Shown here piece by piece: positions 1-13,006 of a stretch of DNA of 64,000 nucleotides. The notes below the pieces were generated by a model. It was not told where the DNA came from. It ran no database searches and saw only the letters and a list, made by a program, of their open reading frames with translations. Positions within the stretch are counted from its first letter, which is position 1, and each line of letters starts with the position of its first letter. The DNA lies in NCBI GenBank assembly GCA_036172245.1, contig JAYWIR010000030.1, positions 2,542,001-2,606,000 on the forward strand, given 5' to 3'. Source of the stretch: Raillietiella orientalis (Eukaryota). Both the position numbers and the translations under genes were made by a program.

Positions 1-3000
1 AGGCACCGGTCCTTGCGGATGCCCAGGTTACCCGGCATGGTCACCAGGTCGCATCGCACGAAGATGCGGTCTGACTTGACCAGATCCTCCAGTCCGTCGA
101 CCATCGACTCGATTTCGCGCAGCACCTCCATCTGGCGGAAGTTCATCTGCTCAATCTGGTTGATCTGCAGGGCCATACGGTGGACTTCCCTCTGGGCCTG
201 GAGCAGCAGCTCATAGTCCGGGTGGCGTGGATCGGTGTGCTTCAGGAGCATCTGGGGATAGCAGGCGGGCGTTCGGCCGCGTTGACGTCATCGTGGAGGG
301 AACAGGAGGGCAGGAGGCAAAAGGGGGGGGGAGCGGAGAGCGTCGCCGATCCCTCTCCCTCCAGAGGATCAAAGGTCCAGTCTCCCTCTCCGGCAAGGCG
401 GAGGCCGACGCGCTGTCCTAGGGCCACCCGCCCCCTGCTCCGCCTCTCCGAGAATGAGGCGTCCCTCCTTCCTGGTCGGCTGCCTCCCCAGGAAGCGAGG
501 AGAGGTCAGCTAGCCGCCATCACGAGCAGAGCCTTCGCCTTGCCAGAGGCGGTGCACGGAAGATGGGATCCGGGGAGGTCGCTGCGCCCCCTCTGCTGTG
601 TCCTCGCCCCCGCCGCAGCTGGCGCCTGGGCCCCGTCGCGCGAGACTCCGTGGGTCGAGGACGCGCTTCCGGTTCCGCTTCGAGACGCCCGTCCGACTGG
701 ATACCACGACCATCCTCCGGTCCTTACCGCGCTCTATCCTCTGCAAGAGGGCGCTCGGGCAGCTCCCTCGGAAGAGACCGGACGCGAGGCGCTTAGGTTG
801 CCACACATCTGGTCGATCCCCGGGAACCCTAAGCTCCGAGATCACCCCTGAAGCATCGCCTACGCGTCTTCCCGGCGACGCCAGCATGGTCGCGCCAGGA
901 AGCATCCGGGGACAGCGGGGAGGAGGCAACCAGGCAACCATACCTTGAGCAGAAGCTCGTATCTGGGGATCCTCTGCACCGGCATGATGAGCAGCGAGTC
1001 CAGCGTCAGCCTGCCTTTGTGCTCCCTCGCTTTGATCTGAAAGACGTCCAGAATGGAAGGAAACGCCAAGCCCTTCTCCACCCCCGCGGCGTCCAGAATC
1101 ATCGCGATCGAGCGCGGAAGGCGGAGAGGTGAGCGGGGACAGGGAGGGAGGGATATTTTTGTGACTCACGTCCAAGAACCTGGTGAACGCGGGATTGCTA
1201 TGGGAGACGAGCTTTATGGATTCCTTGGTTTTTTTCCAGTTGCAGATGAAGCAAGTGTACGAGCTGATCAGATCCGGCCGAGTGAACTGGAAAGAAGAAA
1301 AACTTTCGGGAATCCTCGAGATGAGTCCTGACTTGGTCACCATGGCCACGAAAATGTCACCCAGGTTCTGCTCCTTGTCCCAGCTCTCGACCCTCTCTAT
1401 CAGGGTGTTGAAGAAGCATTTGTGATACTGCAAGATCGCCGGTATCTGGAAAGTACGCGTTTGGCCACAGACTCCGGCCGAGACATCCAAGAGCAACCCC
1501 GCCCAATTCCGGATAGCTCATCCAAGAAACCGCAGCCTGGGATTCACACTCCCCTCGGACCCTGTCCTGGGCGCGCTTCCAAATCGACCCTTAGCGAGCC
1601 GAGTGGTACAGAACTACGATCCCTTTTCCTCGCGCCCAAACGCTCGACTGGCGCCCCGACAATGAGCCGGCGCGCACAGAAAACAAGAATCGCGCTGGCC
1701 GAAAGGATGTCGCTTGCGAAGCAGGAGCAGGAGGCGCTCCGGGGCCTCTCAGAGAAAGCGCCAGGCTGGCGTTCGGCTCACGCAGGCGCGATCCCCTCCT
1801 TCCCTCCGACGGAGCGAACCCCTTCGCCAAGACACGTAAGGACACTGATCCTTCCCTGTGGCGATGGCTGAAACTGACCAACGAGGGATGTTCTTTCGTG
1901 ACCGAATCCACGGGGGAGGAGAAAGTCTGCTGGCCGGAATGAAGATAGGCCACGGAAGCTGCAGAAATACGGAATGCAAATGCGCGAAGCTCTTCAGGAG
2001 AGTTGCTAAATGGTCCTCCGACGAGTGACCTCCCAGACAGCCTGCAGGGCTTCTGAAGAAATCTGCTCCTCGCACCCTTGGTTTTCGAATCGCCTTTGGG
2101 AAAGACGAAGCGGGGAACCCTTGCATAATCCAGGGAGAAGAAGATTTTTTTCCGGAGACCACAGATCCATCCTCAATGCAGGCCTGCGGAAGTCCGTTCA
2201 GCGGCTACCATGGTCACCGTGCTCGAGGAAAAAGAATCGGGGAACTCTGACCAAAGGGGGAAGAGGGAGAGAGTTGGGGAGAAGCAGGTGCTTGAAATCA
2301 CCCCTCTGAAGCAAGCCAAAGAGGAAAAGCAGCCGGAAGCAGAACCCTTGAAGAACTGATGGCATCCAAAGACTCCGGGAAGAAGCACTCGCCCTCCTTT
2401 GGCGAGCGTCCCAAGAAGTCGACTGGAGAGCTTTCTGATCATGTGGCAATCTGCGTTGGTTGCGCAGGACGCGGGAGCAGATGGAGATGTCCGTTAACGC
2501 CGGTCAGCTTCCTATGAACAAGAGCATCACTGAGGGCCTAATTGGCTCTTCAAAAGTGAGAGCAACAAGAAACGAGGAACGGTCCTCCGGAGGGATCCAT
2601 GGATCTCCAGGCGGGCTCCAGGGTGGGCGGACACCAGAGATCAACAGGAGGAGAGTCTTGGCTTTTTCCGGGTTTGCTCTCCAAAGAGAAAACTCGAGAC
2701 GGAACCACCGAAATGCTGCTTCACTCCACGTGGACCAGCCACTGTTTCCATAAGCGCATGTAGAGGTTTGACGTCTTCAGATACTTCTTTGCTCCGTTCT
2801 TGCTGACCGGGAGATCGAGCGTGGCCGCAGAGCTTGCGCGGTCGTCCTCTGCCACGGAGGCAGGAAGGCCGGACGCAGTTCGCTTGATGAGGCTGCTGGT
2901 CCACAGGGAGTCGGAGGAAGATTCCAGTTCAGAGGACCTGGATTTCCAGGAGGGGGAATGGTAGGACGTGATAGAAAAAAGAAGAGCTCCAGTGCTCCGA

Positions 3001-6000
3001 AGCCAAGGACAGTGCGGAAGCTGGAGCCAAGAGAAGGAGAGTCCTACTTCCACGGAGCATGGATTCTCGGTCCAACCAGGCTAGGAGGAAGAGGAAAACC
3101 AACGAACAGCTCAATAGGGGGAACGAGGAATAATTCGAAGAGAAGTGGGGTGCTTCCGGAGCGAAGCAAACTCCAGGAAAGACGAGGAATGGAGTCTTGA
3201 AGAAGTGATGCACGAGCGGATGGACGCGATAGGGGCTGCGTCATCCGCACCGCAAGGTACCCTCTCACTTCCCCGGGCTCGTCAAAAAAAAAAGGGAAAA
3301 GAGGATTCCAGAGCGCCGCAACGCTCCCGAATAGGGCCGGTCGCTGTGGAGGGAGCTGCAAACTCCGGTGCTCTCCCTCCCTTCCCGTCCTGCTCCCCAA
3401 GTGAGCAGAAACTCCGTACCTGGGAGAAAATATCGTCCACGACGTTGGTCTCGAGATGAAGTCCGTTCATGGGATTCTTCATCGGGTTGAGATACTTCTT
3501 CATGTACCACGGGGGGAGCAGAGAGTTCGAGTTACTAGAGCGGACGGGTTGTCTGTGTTGGGTTTCTTTACCTTCACGAGTATCTCCAGGGATTCCAGGT
3601 ACGATTTCTCTGTCGACAGCAATTCTCGAACGACGTGGGACCTGATGTCCTGGAAACAAAAAGAGTCAGAGTGATAAACTGGATGGGGCAACTCGTCCCA
3701 GGCTCGCACCGCCGCCTCCAGTGCGACCGACTCCATGGAGTTGGCCGTTGCGAGCTTTCATCCTTCCCTCCCTACAGCTGGGGACATTGCGCTTTTTGGG
3801 GTGTTTCATACACTATTAACTCATCCTTGCACTTGCTTTCTCCACAAAAGGGAGGAAACAACAACAACAACAACAACAAAACGCCAACGTCCCTGCTCGT
3901 CGCGATCCGACGAAGAGCGAAAACTACCGATGAGAAGAGGTCTTCCGCCTCCTCCTTCACATCTTCCTTTTCTGCAGAGTTGCTCGTGAGCACTCTTTTC
4001 CGAGTTCTCATAGGCTCGGGAGCAGCTGTCGGTCCCCACCCTCGCTCCGAGGTTTCCCATACGTCAGATTCCCTATTGGAAATGCCGCACGTAATACGGA
4101 AGATTTCTGGAGAATTGCTGTGGCCTCGCTTGGACTGACTACTTGGCTCTGGAACATCCGCGGGCCTCTCGCCAAACTCGGGCCTCCCCGAGTCCCTTCC
4201 TTTATTTGCACCGGAGAGGTGTCGTCTCCGCCACTTTCGTCCTCGTAGATGGTAGCGAACATCTTGCGAAAGGAAGGGCTTTGCAAGAGGGCACCGGAGC
4301 CGCTCCTTTCGCTTTTTTCGTCCCTGTTTGAGAAAGATCCTTCCGAGCACGGAAAGACGGGCAGAGTCCTCTCAGAACCTCCTCCTTCAGAGCTCCACAT
4401 TCAGGCTTGTTAGCTGACCATCACAGTCGCCAGCGACTTCCCTTGTGATCGCTGCTGGGGCGTGTGAGACTCTGCGGATTCTACCCCAGACTCACGAATT
4501 ATAGATCATCGCCATTCGCTCGCCCAAGTCCCGCCTACTTGATCCGCCTTCAGTTAACTGAACGGCCCTCCTCCCCCCGGGTTTCGGAGAACAAGTGATT
4601 TCTGCGAATACTTAAGTACAGCTTCCTCACGTGGTTGACGGCCGCTTCCTGCGCAGCGGGAATGTTGATCTGCTGATCCTTCCTGGTCGATCGAGTGGGC
4701 ATCCAAGAGAGTTCCCTCATGGCACGAACCCTCACAAGTCTTCCCCCGAGAACGTCAGGAACGGCCCGACTCTTCTTCCAGGTCACTCGCGTTCATCTTC
4801 CCGCCGTGCCCTTTCCCGCCCGGAACGAAAGGGCGGAAAATAGCAGTTTGGGTTGTGGAGAGGATGATGCTCAGACGTCTTGAGCAGTCTCGCCAGTAGC
4901 TCAACGTGCTGGTGGCTGCAAGAAGGCCTCTGAGGCAGAACTGGCAACTTGGAGGAATCGGCCAAGGGGCGCTCCCAGTCAGCGTGCTCTTTGCCTCCCA
5001 TTTTTGCCCAACTGCACTCTTCCGGCTGACATGGGAAGCGGCTTCCCTGGACGAGAAGCTCCCGGCACGCGGAGCAGCCAGGGACCGCGCCGAAAGGCTT
5101 TTATTAGAACCCATTTCCTGCAATATGGGTGGACTGCTTGGGGATGGTGTACCTCGATCTAAGCCTACTTTTCCAAAGTTCCAGAGGATCCAGGCCGAGC
5201 GTTTCCTGCGCCCTGGTCCAGATTTCCCGCGGGATCGCTCGAACGAAGGTATAAGAGCACATGAAAAACATCTGTAAGGTTCTCTTGCAGCGTCTCTTCT
5301 AGTTGTTCCAGCTCAAGCATGGAAGTCGAGATTTCCGCAACCACTCTTCCCTTTTCCTTCCTGCCCCGTCCGCGGTCCTCCCTTGTGGATCGGCATGCGA
5401 AGCAACCGTCCACACGCGGACATTCTTTGATTTATATTAAACCCCAAATGTTTTTTATATCAATCATGTATTATTAATATATAATATATTACCTCTTAAC
5501 TAGAAATGTTAAAATTAATTAACTGGAGGACTCATCTTCTTAAAATATTTTTAGTATTAATAAAATAAATTTCGAAGACGCGCGGAAGAAAGACCACCAC
5601 CTTTATTGGGCCCATTAGGTCTAAGTCTGATGCTCGTATCCGTTTCCTCTTTTTCTCTGAATCACGAATCTTCTGGCCGAGGCCTCATCTTCCCAAAGCA
5701 CCACCGACCTCAAGGGCACCGGAAGACATGACCTCCGATGAGCATGCGGTCCCTTCGCACGTCTCAGAGGCCCGCACCGAGGACGACGACGCCTTATTTA
5801 TCTTTCCCCTTGCTCCTGCTGCTTGGCCAGAATTCCTCCTTTCTAAAGGAAGCTCAGCACACCGCTGGTGCTCTCTTCTCAGCCAAAAGGGAGCGAAATG
5901 AGAGACGCGCCACCTTGCAGGGAAACCTGCGCGCACGCCAAGCAAATGGAAACGGAGGAAATTAGGGAGAGGGGATCTTTCAAAAAGCCAGACGTCTTCT

Positions 6001-9000
6001 CGAATCAGATCTGGAAGTCATGAACGAAGCTGTGGATGCAGGCTTCAATCCCGGGAGGAAACTGCGATTTAGCTGTTTAACTGGAAAACGCAAATAGCTC
6101 GGAGTGCAAAAGCACACGTGAGCGGCCCTGCGAAATTCTTCGAAGGATACGAGACTCAACGCAGCGTCAAATTACGCGAGAGCCAAGTGGAATAACGAAA
6201 TTCTTGGCGCGCGAAACACAAACAAGTTTCCTGTGAAGGATTCGCTTTCCTGCTTTCCCCGTTTCCTTTTCCTGCCCGCTGCTCCCCCTGGGTTCTTGGA
6301 ACACGAAACGTTCCGAGTGCAGTCCGAACTCTTCCCGAGCTATGACTCTGGCGACCGGAAGTGAGGGTGCGATGCAAACCCAGGAGCCAGCAAACAGACA
6401 GAAGACGGAAGAAAAAAACCGAACGCCTCTGTCTTCGAGGATCAGGAAAAGCCAGAACTCACTCCCCTTTCATAACTAAGGACGCTGAATTTCAAAGAGC
6501 TGCGTCCCTCCGGGATCATCTACTGCCAACTTTCCGACAGAGCCTTGCTTTGTGCTCGGCATTCCGGGATCGAAGGAAAAGCGAAGCAAAGCCCCGGGAT
6601 CGCGATTCGCGGCGGGGTGAGCGCGCAGCACGGGTTGGCCCTCAGACATGCGTCTGGCTGCCGGGATACATCAACGTCCGTTACTTCCGGTGGTACGCAA
6701 GCTAAGATAGACAGGGCAATGCTGGCAGGAACACGAATCTAGTCTTGCGCGGAGCACCATTAAAATAAAACTTGTCTCATTGTGCATCATCTACGTCATG
6801 TACGAAAGCGCAATTGCACTGCTGCATTAGATGTATCATTCACGTATAGCATGCGCACCCTGAAGGTAATACCATCGTCATGGGAACACGAGCATTCCAG
6901 AGACTACCGGAGCTCCTTCCGTCTTTAGATCGCGTGAAAGCTGTCAACCAGTGGAACATGAGCTTCCTGACACAATTCTCATTCTTCAGCCATTCGTGCT
7001 ACTCTTCACAGGTTCAGAGAACGTAGGGACATCTTACTGGATGGAACGACAGACTTCAGGAGGCATCGATAAGTTCGACGGCAATAGAGAATTAGTGTTA
7101 ACCGAACACCATTGATGAATTGACCAGCCGCACACACAATGAAGATCGGAACGGAGAAGACAAGCAAGTAGGCAACACACGCGTCTCCACCCCGGCCACG
7201 CTTCCCGGGTTCCCTCGCACATCTTCTGGAATTCGACTGTTCTTGAGTTTGAGGTATTTACCCGCTTTGCTCTTCGGAATTCGTGAAGAACGAGGGACCA
7301 AAGTAGGCGAGTACGCGCGAGTATGATCGAATAAGGATGTCGATACATTTAGAAAAAGAATTCTCGGGACACCCGGAGACAGAATACTGCTCCCTTCTAA
7401 GGAAACCGGAGGGTGGACGATGCTGGAATGCATACGGAAAACGGAAGCAAAGAACCACACGAATCCGCCCACCAATCGTTCTTCCTTCATCCACGCAGAC
7501 CCTGATCGATTCCCCATCTCTCTCTGACCAGCATCCTTCGAAGAGTGTGCGATGCTAAGAGGACTCCGTGTTCACGATCTTGCACCCTGCTGGCAGTTTC
7601 TTCTCTCGTTGGCTGAGTGTTACGAATTATGCCTTCATCCCGAACCCTACGTTGATATGAACATACCGAACAGGAATGCCTTGAACATTCACTACGCACC
7701 CTCAATGTGAACTGATTGCCCGGATGAAATCTTGTGTTGGCTGGAAGCCTACGTCCTGCACCAAGTTGGAGCTTCAACTTGTTTCGTCACTTGAAAACGG
7801 GGATCATGCAGATCTCAGGAAATTTGAGGGAGCCAAAGCACCCGCGGATTGCGGCTCCAACAGTTCCCTGGTTTCGGTGCACGGTAAGGAGAACGCTGAG
7901 AACATCCTCGCGGAACAGGAAGATCACGGTAAACATGGAACCAACTGTTGGTCCATGAGGAAAAGAACTCGAGCTTTGATGTAAGAAGAAGAAGAAGAAG
8001 ACTGGCACCGCCTTACTTTTTTTTGGAAAGGCATCGAAAGGTGCGATTTTGCAACTCTAGTTTAGCAACAGTTTCATTCGGATACTTTTTGCGACGGTCG
8101 CTGCGCTGAATTTTGCGAAAAGAGTTTTCAGGCGTTTCCTACGCAACTGAAAAACGCCTTTGCTTTGCAAAATTATGCCCGTCGGATTCAGTTCTTGAAT
8201 TGCTTAACTCATTCGATCAGATTCTCTCATGCTAGGCGATCGTCTCAATCAAGAAATCTACGACCGAGAAGAGGGGCAACATCCATTTTGTTTTGAACCG
8301 TACGACGCGAACAAATTTTCACCCAGTGATGCCAGGGCTTTCATTTGATAAAAATAAACAGAGAAATCGGAGACAGTGTTTTACAAACCGGAAGAACGGA
8401 AGAACTATCCAAATTAGGGGGGTCATTAAAATGGGAAACCACAACGAAGATTTCCGAACGCAGTCTTCCCGAAAAATGAGGCAGATACCCTTCGAACTTC
8501 CCATGAACCCCCCTAACTGGCTCGCCGAGGTAATTCTAATAGTGGTAGCGATATGGAAGAGGGCACGAAGCTTTGAAGCGACCCACTGCGGTATTCCAAG
8601 CATGCAGGATTCTAAAATCACTATTTAGACAACTTTTCAGACGTTTACTCTTGTTTTAGGGTTCTCTCTGAAAAAGAAGCTTGAAGACAACAGCAACTGA
8701 GGAAACATTTTCTCCAGCAAAACAAAGAGATCTGGAACCTGATGACAAGAATAAATTTGCGAAGAGTAAATTTCTCAGCCACTCTCAGACGGCTGCCTGG
8801 AACACGGGTACAAGTAGAAATCTGCCGTACTTTGCAGTGACTGCAGGAACTCGGGATCCTCGGCGAACCTGCAAAGAAGCTGGGACTCCAGACAACCAGT
8901 TGCAGTAGCAACTTCTCCTTTCCTTTTTATCAATCTGCGAATGGAATCAAAAACAGAAAGTACGGGTTCTCGAATGGAGAATTTCGCGAAAGGCACGGTC

Positions 9001-12000
9001 CGATTGCTGTATATTTGGTTCCGCGAATTCGCACGCAAATATTTGGTGCTTTCGGGCGATTGAGGGGGAACGCTTCGTCTCTGAGGCGGAGGGAACACTG
9101 TTGGCCGGAATCGGTTCTCTCTCTACCGCTGGCACGTTTTCCAGCTTCTCAGAGACCGGATTTCAAGACCATTGGAAGTAAAGCCGTCCTCGGAGTGTTT
9201 CGTGACCTTCGGCGAACGAGCTGCTGCCTCTCGCTGTCAAAATGGGAACTGGAGGAAGGAAAACACGGAAGGCTGTTGTGTTGGCTTCACACCGAAGCCG
9301 ACACGTTTCAGTTGACTACCGAGAGGAGGCGATTCGGAGCTTCCTCATCGAGAAGCGCATTGATCAGCAGTACGAATCCGCAATCAAGGAGCAAGGAAGA
9401 GAGAGGCTCTGTAATCAAAACGGCATACAGGAGAGCGTGCAGATCCCGGTCGTTGCAGTGTCAACAAAGGACGAGATCGGGAAAATGTTAGTCTACAGTA
9501 TGTAATTATGAAAAGGGCAAGAGAAACAGAGGAGATGAAGAACTCTACAGGAAGAACGGACACGGAGTACGGTCCATAATAGAGCAAAAAAATGACAGAC
9601 GTGAACTATTCTACTTTTCAGAATTAATCCAGTAAAGATGGTGTACTCTTGTGGCATCCGCTCGTCCTCGAGACAGGCGAGAGAGGAGGCTGTTTCGTAT
9701 CCATGCAAATTAGGCACGGAGATTACGCGATACTTATTATGGTCAGTTGAGGCCCTGTCATCACAGACCTGACCAGGCCAGCATTCGCACATTGGCAATT
9801 TAAAACTAGCCAAAGTCACACTCTTTTGCGAGTCTCGTCACACTCTGGGATCCCTGACTGGGCATGGCCACCAGATCGTCCAAGGCAAGGAACAGGTTTG
9901 AAAATACAGAGGCGACAAGCACATGTGACTTGTGTCAAGCACCACAGATGTGATTCTTCGGTGTGAGAACAAAGGTCACCGCTTGTCCCTCGAAGCTTAA
10001 TACGAAGGAAGTCCTCGTTTATGCCTTTCGTACTTTGAAAAGCTCTTGCAAGCATAATTTTTCTCTTGCAAGAAGCCCATTAACTGGAGGGCACGATTCG
10101 GAGCAACCGCATCTGGATGAATCGGCGTTCTTGCGACTTCCACCTGCCTTACCACTTGGAACAAGAGTTCCAGCACCATCGGATTTCGGATTTACCTCGA
10201 TCGATTGCGTACTCGGGCGCTTCGCTGCTTCCAATTCATCGACTTTTCCTCGAGCACTGATTTTTTCTCGTCGGTGAACCGTCTTGCGCAACGAAGGCCT
10301 CGATGGCAAATGTTTCTGCCTCAACCGAGCATCGCAAGAGAAGAAAGAAACCGCAGAGCCATCTACTTATGATTCCTGAGGTCTTGAGTACACGAGGACG
10401 AAAGAAATCTTCCAGCATCGGACATTCCCATACCATGGAGCCCATTTTGATCTCCCAACATCAGTAACGTTCATTCCACAAAAAAAAAAAAGGAAGAAGA
10501 AGAGGAAGGAATCGCAGCTGACCAGGTGGCAAACAATTCGCCACTTTGAGGCGGTCTTGCCCCAGATCTCGGCCATGTTCTCGAAAGCGGTTTCTCTCCA
10601 GCCAACATCTGAGAGGCGAACCCGCCGCAAGAGTCGGTGACAGCAGGGCTTACAGTCCCAGAATGAGATCCTCCTGCCCCCGGCAATCAGACTCTCATCT
10701 CCCAAGCGAAGAGTTCGATGCAATGGAACTCTCAGCCTCCGCGAGTCGCGGCTGGGAAATTCGGTCATGATGCCAACAGCTGAAGCGCTGCCTCCTGTTT
10801 TTCCCATCCGATTCTGCCTTGCGCTTTTCATGGCTCCCAACCCTCGCCTCCCGCGTTCGGGGCAAGGGGAAAGTTTCGTCACCTACTTGACGGCGTCTTC
10901 CGGGAGACATGCACGGAGACGCCCTTGGCACTCATGTGGCACACTGTCCCGGTTATTCGCTCGAAAATGCAGTACCGCACGAGGCACGTGAATCCGAGCA
11001 AAGCAGTCGCGGGGGCAAGGAAGAAAGGAGAGGGAGCGCGTGCTCAAGAGGCAGCAGAAAGAGAAAGTACTTACGAATTGTTGGTTGAACAGCTCGTTGC
11101 GGATGTACAAGGTCGATCCATCGGAAGCAGCCAGGAAGTTATCCGAAGAGATTTGAAAATCCGCAGAGAATTTGCTTTTCTCAGGAGAGCTGCCTGCGAT
11201 TTCTTCTTCCGATGTTATCAGTTTGGAAGGGGATGATGCGGTGCGGAAGTGGCTTGAGTAAATGCAAGACTTGGAGGCCACCTGGTGATCGTCCTCCGGC
11301 TCCGAATGGTACTCCATGGCAGTCATGTCGGGAACCGTCTTCTGACCGCCGTCCGACTCTCTGCATAGCCGGTCCGATCTGAGGCCACGCTCCTTCCGCG
11401 GCGGGAGAGCTCCTCCCGCAGAAACGGGGTCGTCCTCGCCACGGTTCGGGAAACCACGTCCCTGGTCTCCCGGGATGGCAACGAGGCCGCACCGCGAACG
11501 CCGGCAGCAAGGGCAGCTGCAGCCTGCCACCTGAAGGAAGTCGGGAGTCGAGCGCGCGAGCGGGCAGCAGGGTGGTGATGGAGCGTTCCCGTCGGGTGGA
11601 GTGGAAGGGACGGAGGCGTCCTGCTTCTGGGACGCCTGCAAGAGGTAGATGAGGGAGTTGGCAGGAAACCGCTTGGCTTCCTCGCTGCTCGTGCACGGCG
11701 CCTCCGCGTTCCCATCCACGGGTGAGACGGCGTATCCGGCGGCGGCTTCCCGGGCCAGGGAAACTCCTTCGGCCTCGGAGCTTTCCTTGCGGGCGAAGAA
11801 CTTGGAGTTCTTCCACTTCTCGTTCGACAGGCTGATCTGGAAGCCGCACGCCTTGGAGGGGAACGTCGGGTTCTTCGGGCATTTCTTCCGCATCGCGTAC
11901 TGGATGCCCTTCGCCGATTTGTGCTCTTTCGCCGAAGGTTCCTGTGAGCCCCAAGGCATCGTGACGCTCCTCCTGCTCTCGACACCGCATCCGGAGGAAG

Positions 12001-13006
12001 GGCATTCCTTGGGGGACGGTTCCCGGTAGAGGGCGAGGTCGCTGGCGTTCCTCTGGCTTAGGCTGTCGTGTGCACACGTCGCCAGCGCACTGCCGCTCCC
12101 TTTGATGGCTTTGCGCTTTTCCTTGCGGTTCCAAGTTCTTTCAAAGTAGGGAACTTTCTTCTTGAAGGCCGCCGCCGCAACTACTGCGACCTCCTGGAAT
12201 GGAAGGCTCTTGCCATCCGCTTCTGCAGTCAAGGAAGAGTAGATGTTTTCTGACGATCGGAAGTCGGGTAGCCTGCAGACAGAATCGGCTTGACGGAAGT
12301 CCGCCTCCGAGAAGGAGAAGGAACGCGACGCAGCCGCTGCGACCATGAGCTGGGGCGCTGCTGCCGTCGCGATCTCCGATCCTTCTTCCCTGACTCCAAC
12401 GCCGCCGCCGCCGTCTTCGTGGGGTGACGGTGAGCATTCGCTCGATCGTCTGGACCCAATCTTCTTTGGCACAGAGGTCAGAGCCACGCACTCGGCGGGT
12501 AGGTTCCGGGAGTGACCTCGCTTCCCCAGCCGAGAGCACTCCTTCTGATCGTCCTTGGGAACGTAGCACGCGCACTTGGAGACGTCACTCTTCAGGTTCT
12601 TAAACCGCGACGTCATCTCGCGCAGTCGGTCCAGGTTGAAGCTCCTCGTCTTCTTGCGGACTTCGACCCTCTTCTCCCGCGTCTCCTCGGAGAACCGCCT
12701 GTTGGACAGCTCCTCCTCCTCCCCTTCCTCTTCCGGGCCGTCCTTCGCTCGTCTTTTCAGGAGAGCGATGCTCGAGTCGCGGCCGCCACCGATCCCACGA
12801 TCCAACCCGTCCTCCGGGTCCGGGAGAGCTCGGATCTTCCGGCAGATGTCTTCGAACGCCTCGGAGATCTCTGCGTTCTTGACGACGCGGCACCTTGGCG
12901 GACCCTTGCAACTGTCCGAAGCACTTACGGTTGGAGATTCCCTGGGCGTGATGAACTCCTCCTCGTTGCTGTTCCTGATCTCCTCGGACGCCTCCGCGTC
13001 TGTCAT
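1..13006 (-). CDS. ARHGEF17: Rho guanine nucleotide exchange factor, ARHGEF17-like (DH + start of PH domain); multi-exon, 3' end outside the window
   Basis: GT-AG exons, all phase 0: 11075-13006 (large low-complexity N-terminal exon; linkage inferred), 3572-3649 (DIRSHVVRELLSTEKSYLESLEILVK), 3420-3497 (KYLNPMKNP...DDIFSQ), 1341-1445, 1170-1286, 944-1036 (LLIMPVQRIPRYELLLK), 1-251 (MLLKHTDPRHPDY...EIESMVDGLEDL...KDRC). The spliced product follows the ARHGEF17-type DH domain (PVQRIPRYELL, LLKHT) and DH-PH linker. Confidence 0.88.
1500..2750 (-). mobile_element. Highly decayed non-LTR retrotransposon RT remnant in a RhoGEF intron
   Basis: Eroded motifs IRKLSSRLLGTLAKGG (domain 1/2-like) and VSGKKSSSPWIMQGFP (GxPQG-like); frameshifted. 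Confidence 0.3.
3857..3879 (+). repeat. (AAC)n microsatellite
   Basis: About 7 perfect AAC units. Confidence 0.9.
4300..5400 (-). mobile_element. Decayed LINE 5' portion (gag-like zinc knuckles followed by APE start)
   Basis: Eroded knuckle-like GGKEH and SCQFCLRGLLA, then QINIPAAQE (APE QE motif). Confidence 0.3.
8640..9300 (-). mobile_element. Decayed RTE-like RT remnant
   Basis: PESTKYLRANSRNQIYSNR resembles PESQxGFRxxRxxxDQIF; VFDSIRR follows; many frameshifts. Confidence 0.35.
9600..10250 (+). mobile_element. Decayed RTE-clade APE endonuclease remnant
   Basis: Ordered eroded motifs FFGVRTKV (GDxNAKV), LKSSCKHNFSLA, and RIWMNRRSCDFHL (TWMHPRSKHWHL). Confidence 0.5.
11075..13006 (-). 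CDS. ARHGEF17: Large (644-codon) Ser/Glu/Ala-rich N-terminal exon, probably of the RhoGEF gene
   Basis: Lies in a 730-codon ORF with GC3-rich codons. ATG at 13004-13006; strong donor TTC|GTAAGT at 11075/11074 in phase 0, compatible with the DH exon starting at 3649. Possible acceptor near 13037. Confidence 0.7.

Noticed and set aside
510..1496. 328-aa ORF as a stand-alone protein
   Set aside because: It reads through RhoGEF exons and GC-rich introns; the spliced model explains its conserved parts.
2721..3053. Nested gene in the RhoGEF intron
   Set aside because: No domain or splice support; adjacent to a decayed RT remnant, and GC-rich DNA produces spurious ORFs.
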